A DNA stretch of 63,564 bases, filler included, from Octopus bimaculoides (lineage: Eukaryota), in the NCBI RefSeq assembly GCF_001194135.2. It is 6 parts of 6 records of this genome, joined end to end, with 100 filler letters (N's around TTAATTAATTAA, not from the genome) between each part and the next. Parts side by side here need not be neighbours in the genome. Positions count along the whole stretch, not along the records: positions 30,914 to 39,631 come from NC_069000.1; positions 39,732 to 47,987 come from NC_068994.1; positions 48,088 to 58,140 come from NC_068989.1; 3 more parts are not named here. One strand, given 5' to 3'. Under the pieces are notes generated by a model, which had not been told where the DNA came from, did not search any database, and saw only the letters and a program-made list of their open reading frames with translations. The translations under genes were made by a program, and so were the position numbers. Below are positions 39,571 to 52,095 of this stretch, in pieces. The first letter of the stretch is position 1; the number at the start of each line of letters is the position of its first letter.

Positions 39571-40199
39571 GTTTTGGGAACGTAACACGCGCGACAGTCG
39601 AAGGATTACTGTATATATAACACAAGAAAAANNNNNNNNNNNNNNNNNNNNNNNNNNNNNNNNNNNNNNNNNNNNTTAATTAATTAANNNNNNNNNNNNN
39701 NNNNNNNNNNNNNNNNNNNNNNNNNNNNNNNTATATAAGATTTACACAGATATAAGAGTTAGAACCTGCGATCCACCTGAAGACCTTTTTCTTAGGAAAT
39801 TTTTGTCCGCTGCACTAAAAAGTTTCTCTACTGCTGCTCTAGAGATTCTGCCAGCTCACCGCCTCACTTTAGGTATATAACTTATATTAAATTGGTCCTA
39901 AATTTTTAAGTATATTTTTTAATATGAATTATTGGGACTCTATCAGCGGGAGGTTTTAAATTAGAATGCAGACGACATTGGTCTTAATTCCTAAACTCCT
40001 TTCTCCCTGTAGGCTTTAGATTTCGTCAACGAGCAGTGAAAGCTTATCCTCCCCTGTTGTACACAAAATCTCGAACAACTTGTAATAGCTCCTTAATCTC
40101 CTTGAAATCACAAACAACCTTCTTAAAAATGGAGAACATGGGGAAAATAAACGACAGCAATAAGACAAAGACAGTATGGTCACTGATGAAAAACCTTTG

Positions 40200-40498
40200 A
40201 TTTAAGCTGGATCAGCATGTGTAAGGACTTTCAAGCGAGATCGTTGCCAGTGCCCCTGGACTGGCTCTTGTGTGGGTGACACATAAAATACACCATTTTG
40301 AGCGTGGCCGTTGCCAGTACCGCCTGACTGGCCTTCGTGCCGGTGACACGTAAAAGCACCCACTACACTCTCGGAGTGGTTGGCGTTAGGAAGGGCATCC
40401 AGCTGTAGAAACTCTGCCAAATCAGATTGGAGCCTGGTGTAGCCATCGGGTTTCACCAGTCCTCAGTCAAATCGTCCAATGGAAAGCGGACGTTACAG
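40200..40498 (+). mobile_element. RTE 3'-UTR-type retroposon copy, CpG-rich (young)
   Basis: ctcggagtggttggcgttaggaagggcatccagctgtagaaactctgcc...ggaaagcggacgtta. Confidence 0.85.
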
Positions 40499-40499
40499 A

Positions 40500-41040
40500 G
40501 CTATCGTTCTGACTACCCTCTTCAACAGCACTATCGTGGGTCATCTGTCGGCACTGCCTTCGCATCATTCTCTGCATCCATTGGAATGGCTTTGTTACTA
40601 ACATAGAGATCCTAGAATGTCACTATTATCCAATCAGCCTTGCGGAGTAGGACAAGTCAGCAGGCTTGAGGGTCACCGACTTCCCAAAATCACACTATAT
40701 GACGAACTCCCCACTGGTAACCGTGAAAGAGGAGCACCAAAGAAGAGCTGCAAGGACTCCGTAAAGAAATCCTTCGGTGCTTGTCATATTGGTCCCCCAC
40801 CAGTGGTCTGTTCTTACCGCTGACTGCGAAGCCTGGTGTCTCACTGTCCTGTGGCCAACGACTTCCTTTGAAGATACCTGTAGCACCATCCATGCAGCAG
40901 GCAAGAGAAAAAAGATGAAAGACGAGGGCGCTAAAACCAACCGTGACCAACCCAGGTCGTGCCTGTTTGTCTCGAATGGAGTATCAACAAGCCTGCAACG
41001 TACGTGGACATCCATCTCCATATGTCGTTGATCGCGAAGT
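40500..41040 (+). mobile_element. RTE/BovB-like LINE C-terminal remnant
   Basis: LRIILCIHWNGFVTNIEILE...GQVSRLEGHRLPKITLYDELPTGNRERGAPKKSCKDSVKKSF, matching the RLPK..LYGEL..G.R..G.P motif. Confidence 0.8.
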
Positions 41041-42204
41041 CAAGGATCAAAGTAAAAGTAAAACCACAGCTAGGAAAATATGAACCATTACGAGTGCATC
41101 TGCTCAGTTTGACGAGCCTACATTTACCCGAGGTGTAGGAAATAAAAATTAGTCCCCCTTAAATTGCTCGTTATCGTCTGAGAAAGTTGTCGATATACAA
41201 AAAGTGCTCTGTTGAAAGCAATAGAGTAGAGTAATTTAAATGTGTATGTGTTGGTGATGTTGGTGTTGTTGTTCTTGTTCTTGTGTATTTTATATAAATG
41301 CATAAGTACATACCTACGCACACCTGTTTGTGTGTGTGTGTGAAATTGTGCATTGATATAAAAATATAACTGTATGCACTCGCAAACATGCAGGCATATA
41401 TACACACATACTCATACGTGTGTATGTGTGTGTGTGTGTGTGTGTTTGCGAGTGTGTACACGTATTAGAAAATATGTTAAAAAAATGCGTGCAGAAATAC
41501 TCGCACATGTGCATGTCTGTGTATATGCATACATGTGACGTGACGTGTGTACACACACACACGCACACACACACGTACACACAAACACTCATGCACATAC
41601 AAGCATATACATACACGCATACACCCTCACGCTTTGATATCAATTTTCTGAAGGAAATTGAAAAATGAAGTTCATATATATATNNNNNNNNNNNNNNNNN
41701 NNNNNNNNNNNNNNNNNNNNNNNNNNNNNNNNNNNNNNNNNNNNNNNNNNNNNNNNNNNNNNNNNNNNNNNNNNNNNNNNNNNNNNNNNNNNNNNNNNNN
41801 NNNNNNNNNNNNNNNNNNNNNNNNNNNNNNNNNNNNNNNNNNNNNNNNNNNNNNNNNNNNNNNNNNNNNNNNNNNNNNNNNNNNNNNNNNNNNNNNNNNN
41901 NNNNNNNNNNNNNNNNNNNNNNNNNNNNNNNNNNNNNNNNNNNNNNNNNNNNNNNNNNNNNNNNNNNNNNNNNNNNNNNNNNNNNNNNNNNNNNNNNNNN
42001 NNNNNNNNNNNNNNNNNNNNNNNNNNNNNNNNNNNNNNNNNNNNNNNNNNNNNNNNNNNNNNNNNNNNNNNNNNNNNNNNNNNNNNNNNNNNNNNNNNNN
42101 NNNNNNNNNNNATATATGTATATGTATAATTTTTTTTTAAAGCAGAAAGAACAACTGTAAAAAATGCAAATTCAAGGTAATTTAGCTATCATCATCATCA
42201 CCAC

Positions 42205-42251
<47 letters not shown>

Positions 42252-42743
42252 CCACCATCATTATCATCAAAAGCGATTGCTATTTTATATTGCAATTATT
42301 ATACAAGAGAGAGCATCGGGTGTTCATGTCATCGTCACCTTCGCTCTGATACAAAAATTCACAAGGGGACTCACCTTTTCCGCCATTTTATTTCAGCAGA
42401 AACAAAAATTAAATTAAACAAAATTTTAATCGGACTTTAATAAGAGATGTGAATTAACTTGTAGTGAAAGTTAATTAGAAGTCTAATGCAATATAATGTA
42501 AACTGGCCATGTGGTGAAAGATGTTCGCTTTGTACCCGAGGGTTCCTGGGTTCGATCTCAGTGTTCGGCATTTTGAACTCGGACTGCTTGGCTTTTCTTG
42601 CGCGGGAGGAAACTGTGCAGAAGCCTGTCGTATATGAAACGATATAAAAACAAACTCGACATCCTCTTAACTGAATGTTGTTCTTGTAGTTGTTGTTGCA
42701 TTTAAAAAAACTTTTTTTGATCTTGTTGCTTTTTTATTTTCAG

Positions 42744-42851
42744 ACGGAGTTTGACGGGTTAACCGGGCGCGTGGCGTTTGATGCGAGGGGCCACCGCAGG
42801 GACTTCACACTAGATGTTCTGGATTTAGGGGTCACACAAGGAGTCATGAAG
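42744..42851 (+). CDS. Ionotropic glutamate receptor (AMPA/kainate-like) internal exon, end of the amino-terminal LIVBP-like domain
   Basis: Acceptor ttttttattttcag|, donor AAG|gtaggg, 108 nt, phase 0-0. Encodes TEFDGLTGRVAFDARGHRRDFTLDVLDLGVTQGVMK, matching the GLTGxxxFDxxGxRxxFxLxxxxL motif. Confidence 0.9.
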
Positions 42852-43003
42852 GTAGGGTTTCTTTATGTTTGGAAATTAGCAGAAGGGCAACCCTCTGGGT
42901 GGTCTTCTGCTAGTTGCTAATTAATATTTACACACTTGTTTCCTAGTTTGTCCAATTTTTCTATGTTATGTCTATTTTACCTTTGAATCATTTATTCATC
43001 TGA

Positions 43004-43160
43004 TACAGTGGTTCCTCAACCTGGGTCCAAATGGCCTTTGTGGGTTCATAGTCTGTTAAAATTTTGCTAAAATTCACGAGCAATAAATTGTTTATACTTT
43101 TGCAATGCAGCAAATATTTAAACCATTTTTTAAATACAATTCCAAATAATATTTAATAAA
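43004..43160 (+). mobile_element. hAT-like terminal fragment
   Basis: Begins cagtggttcctcaacctggg, a CAGTGGTTC(C/T)CAAC-type hAT end. No second end found. Confidence 0.4.
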
Positions 43161-43164
43161 AGAA

Positions 43165-43522
43165 AAATAGGCCGGCGAGCTGGCAGAATCGTTAGCACGT
43201 CGGGCAAAAATGCTTAGCGGCATTTCGTCCGTCTTTACGTTCTGAGTTCAAAACTCCGCCGAGGCCGACTTTGCTTTCATCCTTTCGGGATCGATAAAAA
43301 AGACTACCAGTTGATCGCTGTGTGGGGGTTGATGTAATCAATTTATCCTCTCCTCCGAAGTTGCTGGCCCTGTGCCAAAATTTAGAATCAATATTTGATA
43401 ATCTTTTACTAAAGGCACAAGGCCTGAAATTTTGGAGGAGGGGGACTAGTCGATTGCATCGAACCCTAGTGATCAACTGGTAGTCTTTTTATCGATCCCG
43501 AAAGGATGAAGGGCAAAGTCGA

Positions 43523-43523
<1 letters not shown>
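43165..43523. mobile_element. Tail-to-tail inverted pair of Nin/Deu-domain SINEs inside the receptor intron
   Basis: Plus copy 43165-43385 and minus partial copy about 43410-43523. Confidence 0.88.
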
Positions 43524-43567
<44 letters not shown>

Positions 43568-43914
43568 GATCATCATCATCATCCAGACAGAAAGAGTTCA
43601 AGAAACGAAGAGAGGGAGAGGCATTGCAATTTATTGAACACGATTGATATCCCCCCTCCTGATAAACACAGAGAAATATGTTTACACGTATAAACATAGA
43701 GGGGAGGAGGGAGAGAACGAGGGAAGGAAGGAGAGAACAAGGGAAACATTAAAACGTCTGATGTCAAATAAATCAGCGTCAAATTTGCAGCGCCGAAGTA
43801 TCTCATATCGATCGCATCCAATCCATCAGTATGATTGTCAGTATTTTCTTCTTTTTTGATTGTTTATTTATTTTTATTTATTTATTTATTTATTTGTTTT
43901 GTTTCAAATTCTAG

Positions 43915-44025
43915 ATTGGTTACTGGACACAAAATGAGGGTTTAGTCATCCTGAAGCGCAAAATCGTTCGTGACCCTCATGAAAACAACGCAGAAAACAG
44001 GACCAGAATTGTTACTACAATTCAG
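43915..44025 (+). CDS. Ionotropic glutamate receptor internal exon, ATD-S1 linker and start of S1
   Basis: Acceptor ttctag|, donor CAG|gtaagg, 111 nt, phase 0-0. Encodes IGYWTQNEGLVILKRKIVRDPHENNAENRTRIVTTIQ (IGxW and NRTxxVTTI motifs), in frame with the previous exon. Confidence 0.92.
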
Positions 44026-44369
44026 GTAAGGGGCAAAAAATTAATTAATACGAAAAAAAAACAAAAACAAACACAAAACAATGTGCTTTAATCATGTTGT
44101 TTTAATCATCGTTGTTTCCATCATCATCATCACCACCATCATCATCACCTTCGTTGTCGTCATCATCGTCATCATCATCATCATCATATTTTTTCATACT
44201 GAAATTATCTGTAGACACATACATGTGTGTGGCTATGCGCACGTGCGTGTACAGCATACACATACATACATACATACCTACATACCTACATACATATACA
44301 TACATACATACATTTATACATACATATATACTTACATATATGCACACATACATGTATGCATGCATGCAT

Positions 44370-44480
44370 GTAAGGCCAAATGGTTAGGATGTTGCACTCA
44401 TGATCTCTAGATCGTGAGTTCGATTCGTGGGCCGGGCGGCGCGTTGTGTTCTTGAGCAAATCACTTCATTTCACGTTGCT
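44370..44480 (+). mobile_element. SINE head plus 'ttgagcaa' core fragment
   Basis: ggccaaatggttaggatgttgcactcatgatctctagatcgtgagttcgattc...gttgtgttcttgagcaaatcacttcatttcacgttgct. Confidence 0.7.
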
Positions 44481-44819
44481 ATAACCCTTGAGTGAGCTAA
44501 TGTGCAGAACACACATTTGATCTCTATAAACAAATCATCTTGGCAGGTCATTCAGCAAAAACTGGACACACATGCGTCGTCTTCGACCCTCTTTCTTCCT
44601 TCTTCCCTTTGGACTTTCCTTTTTTTCCTATTTCCGAAGAAGCTTGCTTCCCAACCACATGGTTCCGGGTTCAGTCCCACTGCGTGGTACCTTTGGCAAG
44701 TGTCTTCAAGTGTCAACCATTTTGAATTTGAAATTCAAAATGGTTGACGACTAGCATCACGCTTTGAAGAGTACCAACGAATTTGAATCAAACTGTTTTG
44801 ATCCGTATATGTGTGTGTG

Positions 44820-44850
<31 letters not shown>

Positions 44851-45633
44851 TGTGTGTGTGTACATATACGCGCGCGAGACAAGAACTTCCTACAAAACCT
44901 ATTTGGCAGCGTTACAATATTTATTTATTGTTTTCTAAAGCTACGTATGGTGNNNNNNNNNNNNNNNNNNNNNNNNNNNNNNNNNNNNNNNNNNNNNNNN
45001 NNNNNNNNNNNNNNNNNNNNNNNNNNNNNNNNNNNNNNNNNNNNNNNNNNNNNNNNNNNNNNNNNNNNNNNNNNNNNNNNNNNNNNNNNNNNNNNNNNNN
45101 NNNNNNNNNNNNNNNNNNNNNNNNNNNNNNNNNNNNNNNNNNNNNNNNNNNNNNNNNNNNNNNNNNNNNNNNNNNNNNNNNNNNNNNNNNNNNNNNNNNN
45201 NNNNNNNNNNNNNNNNNNNNNNNNNNNNNNNNNNNNNNNNNNNNNNNNNNNNNNNNNNNNNNNNNNNNNNNNNNNNNNNNNNNNNNNNNNNNNNNNNNNN
45301 NNNNNNNNNNNNNNNNNNNNNNNNNNNNNNNNNNNNNNNNNNNNNNNNNNNNNNNNNNNNNNNNNNNNNNNNNNNNNNNNNNNNNNNNNNNNNNNNNNNN
45401 NNNNNNNNNNNNNNNNNNNNNNNNNNNNNNNNNNNNNNNNNNNNNNNNNNNNNNNNNNNNNNNNNNNNNNNNNNNNNNNNNNNNNNNNNNNNNNNNNNNN
45501 NNNNNNNNNNNNNNNNNNNNNNNNNNNNNNNNNNNNNNNNNNNNNNNNNNNNNNNNNNNNNNNNNNNNNNNNNNNNNNNNNNNNNNNNNNNNNNNNNNNN
45601 NNNNNNNNNNNNNNNNNNNNNNNNNNNNNNNNN

Positions 45634-45692
<59 letters not shown>

Positions 45693-45767
45693 CTATCATC
45701 ATTATGATAATTGTTTTTATCGTTATTAATATTGCTGTGATTATTGTTATTGTTATTATCCTCATCC

Positions 45768-45801
<34 letters not shown>

Positions 45802-45812
45802 TATTATTGTTA

Positions 45813-45859
<47 letters not shown>

Positions 45860-46397
45860 GACTGTGGGAGCAGCGCATGCCATCGAAGTGAAATTGGGGT
45901 AAAATATACGAAGCCCAATATACCCGTCATGACTACCCGTCAGATAAGGGTACACCAGGCACATGCATCACAACCACATGTGCGAGAGATGATGAGTTTA
46001 TATCGAGATAAACAGCGCTTGACCATGCAAATGAGACCCAGTTATAATTTTCTTCAGGTCGAGTAGCCCATCCTCCTCAAAAGCTTCCTGAATGAGGGTT
46101 GTTTGAGGATGATGAACGAAACACCCATGTTTCCGGAGGTTAATTATCCAAACCCCAAAGAAATCCTTTCAACACATGGCTATGAATCTCCCCCACTACT
46201 TCTGCTCGTGATCAGAGATGCACATATCGTCAGCCCCTAAGAGACATGCTCAACTGGTTAAGGTCAAACAAATCTATGGTATTGAGCAGAATATTTGCAG
46301 TGGTTCATCTTTTATACCAAGACAAAACAATGTACATGATAACACTTCCAATCACTTAAGATCAAAAGCCATTTGTGCCAGTGCCTAGTACTGCATC

Positions 46398-46459
<62 letters not shown>

Positions 46460-46717
46460 CATTATTATTGTTCAGTAGTTTTATTTTTATAACGTGCTTT
46501 CACTTCACTACCGAGCGCAGCTCTGTGTGCCTTGGGTATGTGCTGTGGTTTGCTGTGGTGCTCTTATGGTTACTGTATTGAAAGTGTTTTGTGTAGAATG
46601 TGTGCAGTACCCAGTAGTGCAATTTTCTGTATGTTATATATATTTGTTAGTCCTGGTGTTTTTGTTATGTATTTGTCTGAATTTTGTTTTAATGAAATAT
46701 AAAAAAATATTATTTTA

Positions 46718-46765
<48 letters not shown>

Positions 46766-47614
46766 CATCATCATCACCATCATCATTGTTGTTGTTGTTG
46801 TTACTATTATTATCATCGTCATCTTTATCATACTCACTCTCATCACCATCTGCCTCCTCTTCCTCCTTCTCATCGTCATCATCATCATTATTGCCATAAT
46901 TATCATTATAGTTATTGCTATGATTATATTCTTCATTATCACCATCATCATTGTGATCATTGCTGCTGCTGTTGTTGGTGTTGCTGTTGTTGTTGCTAGT
47001 GTTTTCTCAACAGGCTTTAAGCCAATTTTTATTGGGCGATTGGTCATAGTCGATCACATTGACTCCATTATCGTAATTACTGTTATGGTTTCATAATGTT
47101 TTAATAATGGACTCCAATAATAATGATAACGATTGCCAAATTTGGCTCCAGGCCACATATACTGAGTAGGGGAGGTGTGCTGTCGTTTGAATGCCACCAC
47201 TCCGCCGCCTCCAATAGATTAGCCTTCTTTTATTGACCCTAGTGGCGGTTGGGGAAGCATATTGACATTTCACAGAGGATATTGAGTCAGAATAAATTAT
47301 TAGTGGTGGGGGTGGGGGTGACTAAACGAAGATTATGTCTTGGCGTTTCCTTCCGTTAAAATACCCACGCAAATTGTAAATATTCTTTATATTGGCCCAT
47401 TTATGTGATGTAGCTGTCACAAATAAAACAAACCATCCTCACCACCACCACCACCACCACCACCACTACCATCATCATCTTTATCATCACCGTCGTTGAT
47501 TACAGCACCAGTTTCGTGCTGTTCAATGATGGTTGCCCAGCCCCATACTGGTGCTGTAATCGTCCCCTCCATTTGTGATATAATGGATGTTTCGGTGGAT
47601 CAGTAGTGAATGTA

Positions 47615-47664
<50 letters not shown>

Positions 47665-47768
47665 TTATATATGTAGAAACATGTATATATGTAAATATAC
47701 AGGGTGTCCACAAGGTCTGGGTACATGGAGTAAATAGAATCATAACATAAACAATTAAATATAAGAAA

Positions 47769-47859
47769 CTAGCAGAAATACCCGGCGTTGCCCGGGTTAA
47801 AGAGAATAATGAAATCTAAAAACGCCGTCTAGACTACGCATCATCTTTATATATAGAGA
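47769..47859 (-). mobile_element. 91-bp non-autonomous Helitron-like element
   Basis: Minus strand A|TCTCTATATATAAAG...ACCCGG-gcaacg-CCGGGT-atttctg-CTAG|T: 5'-TC, subterminal hairpin, 3'-CTAG, A|T target, no TSD. Confidence 0.72.
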
Positions 47860-49734
47860 TGTATATACACACACGCACCCAAACACACGTATATATATAT
47901 GTATATCAATATAAATATATGAAAGTCAATGAAGTTTCGTAAAAGAAGGTGATCATGTACATACTTTCTTGCTGTTGTGATTATAACNNNNNNNNNNNNN
48001 NNNNNNNNNNNNNNNNNNNNNNNNNNNNNNNTTAATTAATTAANNNNNNNNNNNNNNNNNNNNNNNNNNNNNNNNNNNNNNNNNNNNATATATATATATA
48101 TATATAAATATATATAATATTTGGGACTAACGTGTACATGTCGATTAGTGTGTTGAAGTGTTGAGTAGAGCACTGGCACAGTTTGGGCTACCTGGTGTCA
48201 TCCGCAGTCGGGGTGTATTTCCGTTGGGTCTACTTCAGGAACTCTGCAGTCAACTTACTAAGATAGTGCTTCTTGTGGCTAATGAGTCGTTTTGTTTCTT
48301 ATTTCTAGCAATGTAGGTACCACTGTGTACCCTTATCACTTCAGTGGCGTTTATAAATTTGCCTTTAGCTTTTAAATTGCTTATAAGCCACCTCATTTAT
48401 TTATAGTATACATTTCTACCGTTTTGAAATGGCACATGCTTTCAAAGGTTTTTCTTACGAGTTGACGAGGCGAGTTGAGCTTAACCCTAGGCGCAGTAAG
48501 ATCCACTGACGAGAATTGTGATGCTATGCATTTGAATTTGAAATCACATGATATGGCTATATCTGTTACTTCAGTAGGGAGCGTTGTCAACTTACTAAGA
48601 TAGTGTTTGTTGTGACTAATGAGTCGTTTTGACTCTTATTTTTAGCAATGCTGGTACTACCTTGTACCTTTGTCCCTTTAGTGACGTTTATAAATTTGCC
48701 TATATACATGTATGTGTATAAATTTGCCTATATACATGTATGTGTATAAATTTGCCTATATAGATATCATGTACAAACATAAATATATATATAAATACAC
48801 ACACAAACACACACACGCATATATTCATATATGTACATATGTATATTAATATTTATACAATATAGTATTATAGAACTATTTCAGCCAATTTTACCAATCG
48901 GTTTCGCACACGAGTTGGATGACAAGCCAGTCACTGCGCTCATCAGAAGGGCTGGCATAAAAGGCATGGTGACGGATTTCTGTTACCGATGGTCAATAAA
49001 GTGATACTTCTGGTTTGTGGATGTTGGAAAAACCGGAGTGAAATAACCCTTGATGTTCAGAGAGGAATTCATCTAGAGTTATGCGACTTGCATAAAAGTC
49101 GGAGTGACTTCACAGTAAGAATGTTAACTGCCTAAACAGTTGGGTTGCAGCTTGATGCGGGTGGTATGGGGTTGTGTGTGCATAGGGAAGGAGACGGAAA
49201 ATGTGGATGGGGTTGCTGTCCAATCTTAAAATATGCGTGGACATGTAAATGTATATGTATACATGTGTTTATATGTAATAGCTTTGGTGTGAAAGATATA
49301 CTGCTAAACTGTGAAAGATATACTGCTTAAGTGAGTGGAGATGGAAAGCACATTTTTGTGAAAGCTCAGTATTTATAACCATGATACAGTCTACCCGTAT
49401 GCATGCACATACTTCCTTTTATGTGAGCACGATTGAAAAATCTTGCTTTTTCATTTTGGGTAGGTATCCGAGTTCTTTAGCAAAATTCTTTTCTCCGCCA
49501 GGCATATCCTGCACCTCCTACTGTTATTGAGGTAAATCTGGCACTTCCCCAGTGCTCTTCATCTGACGATGTCATCCCTAAACCTTTCTTTCAACGACAA
49601 TAGGAGTCTAGCTATGTAACATTTTGCATCACTGGATTTTAATGGATTTATGATTGCTAAATCTGGTCCTGAAGGGACCTTCGATCTGACAGCTGGGTTC
49701 TTCCATATTACTTTTGTCTCATATAAAACGGTCT

Positions 49735-49746
49735 CTGTCTGTCTGT

Positions 49747-49820
<74 letters not shown>

Positions 49821-50021
49821 GTCTGTCTATCTGTCTGTCTGTCTGCCTGTCTGTATGTCTGTCTGTATGTCTGTCTGTCTGTTTGGCTCTCTGTCTGTCT
49901 GTTTGTCTGTCTATCTGTTTGTCTGTCTGTTTGTCTGTCTATCTGTTTGCCTGTCTGTCTGTCGGTCCGTCCGTCCGTCCATCTGTCTGTCTGTCTGTCG
50001 GTCTGTCTGTCTGTCGGTCTC

Positions 50022-50085
<64 letters not shown>
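49735..50085. repeat. (TCTA)n/(TCTG)n tetranucleotide array
   Basis: Seen directly. Confidence 0.95.
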
Positions 50086-50559
50086 AATCTACCCGTCCTT
50101 CCGTCTAACAATACTACCGTTGGTTTCATGCAAAACATCACAATTATCAAGCCTTTTACTTTAAAAAGTTAATAAGCTTAATTTTGAATAAGGCTACGCG
50201 AGATTACACAACACGTTATGGTTGTATGGAATGAAATACCAAATAGACAGATAAAAGGGGATAACTAATATAGGGACTTTAATTCTTATTCTACCTTGTG
50301 TTAGATTCTTTGTAAATGTTTGTAAAATGTTTGTTGTGCGTCAAAAATTTTATATTTGAGACAGACGGACAGTTTGGAACAGACCTCAAGTAGATCTTAT
50401 TTAGGGAGGGAATGTCAATGATAATATGGTGAATGGTGACGAAAGGACTTTCGTTCCAGTTTTTTTTTGCCATACACAAACTACCTCGCTGATACATTGA
50501 CCAAACATCTAATCAAACAATAAATTAATTGGTTAAAGATTAACGAATTAATAAATAAG

Positions 50560-50564
50560 AATGA

Positions 50565-50616
<52 letters not shown>

Positions 50617-50662
50617 AATAATAATAGTAATAATTATAATAATGATAATAATAATAGTAATC

Positions 50663-50735
<73 letters not shown>

Positions 50736-50739
50736 TAAC

Positions 50740-50778
<39 letters not shown>

Positions 50779-50780
50779 CA
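50560..50780. repeat. (ATT)n/(AAT)n trinucleotide array with a polarity switch
   Basis: Seen directly. Confidence 0.95.
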
Positions 50781-52095
50781 TACTTTCTTTATTGGTCGTA
50801 ACGACCGAACACAAAAGCATGATCGACAACACGCAGACGAGGGACAGTGAGGTTATACGTGTAAGGAACAAAACAAGGAAAGTTACCTAACAATATATAA
50901 CTCCCCAGTAAGGGGGAGAGTCACCGAGATGTAACCAAAGCAACCTCACCCATTTTGGGTCCCTAACACCAAGGCACCTCAGGTAGGCACCCCTCTCCTC
51001 CTCACTCCATCCAGCCTACATGCGCACATATAGAGTAGGCCCATTCACACGGGCCATCCTTGCTACATTCACCCACCTTTCGACAAACATACTGAGTGAC
51101 AGCACTTCCCTCTCCAGTCTCACCTTCCTTTTCAAGTGGAACCTGAGAAAATCAATGAGGCCTTGACCAAAGAAGAAGGTACCTATCATCAACGTTTTCA
51201 ATCGCAGCCACCATACAACCTCTTTCGTCATAGCCACCAGAGAGAAAATAAACTGCCTTTCCTTCCCGGTCAAAGGGAAGAGGCGGGACAATCTTCACGA
51301 TGGACTCGGACGATACCCGGATCCCTCCTACACGTGACAATAACTGTTCGACGAAGCTCCAGTGCGAAGCAGTGTGTGGACACCGTACTAGTGCATGCAT
51401 AACGGTTTTCTCGTTCAGCATGACGCTCGGACAAGACCGTCTGACTGCACATCCATGCCTGTAGAGCTTGTCACGAACCGGTAGCGTCCCACCTCACCCC
51501 CAGTAGCAATGTCAGGCTAGAGATTTCTGGAAATTATCCATAAGCCCCGGCCCAAATGTCCTCCGGAAGAGACCAGCCAGTTGATCCCTCTTAACACCCG
51601 GAGTCACTCCGAAATCGTCGTCGCTCTTGCTTTTCACTAATCCCCTATAGAACTCCAAGGTGGAACTTCCACCGACCACATTACCCGACTAACCGGGGAC
51701 TGTGAGCACTTGGAGACACTCTAAATACCAAGGTCCCTGTCTCGGTCAATTCCTGATCTACGCAGCTCCTGAAGGAGACGAGCTGCCGAAAAACATGTCT
51801 AACAAACGGCGACCACATCCGCTCACCGCTAAGCTATTGTTGGAGATGACGCAGCCTTAGCACATATCTTCGCATCATCAGCCACGGTATGCCCAGTCCT
51901 CCACACAACAGGTGCTGACAGCAAATGGACCGTCTGACAAGCGATTCCATTCCCTTCCACAAGAAACAGAAGAGCAAGCGCATTGGAGCATTCGGGAAAT
52001 CCAGTCGGAACCTGTCAGCCAATTGGAAAGGACTGAGCAGGTTTGTGAGGCTTGCGCACCACCCTTTCCTGTCGGCTAACCCCACTCATTCCACA
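50781..52095 (-). mobile_element. L1/Tx1-like LINE ORF2 3' remnant with 3'UTR
   Basis: Minus strand LFCFLWKG...GGLGIPWL, then EKTVMHALVRCPHTASHW (C-terminal zinc-knuckle pattern). AATAAA at 50793-50788 just before (TTA)n. Confidence 0.75.

Noticed and set aside
40013-40200. Open frame of about 60 codons after ctccctgtag as a possible upstream receptor exon
   Set aside because: No resemblance to the iGluR amino-terminal domain and no convincing donor.
48900-49720. Complex unique-looking sequence scanned for the next receptor exon (S1 EPPY/EGYC-type motifs)
   Set aside because: No frame resembles S1; multiple stops. The same negative result held for 53500-54700 and 56220-57300.
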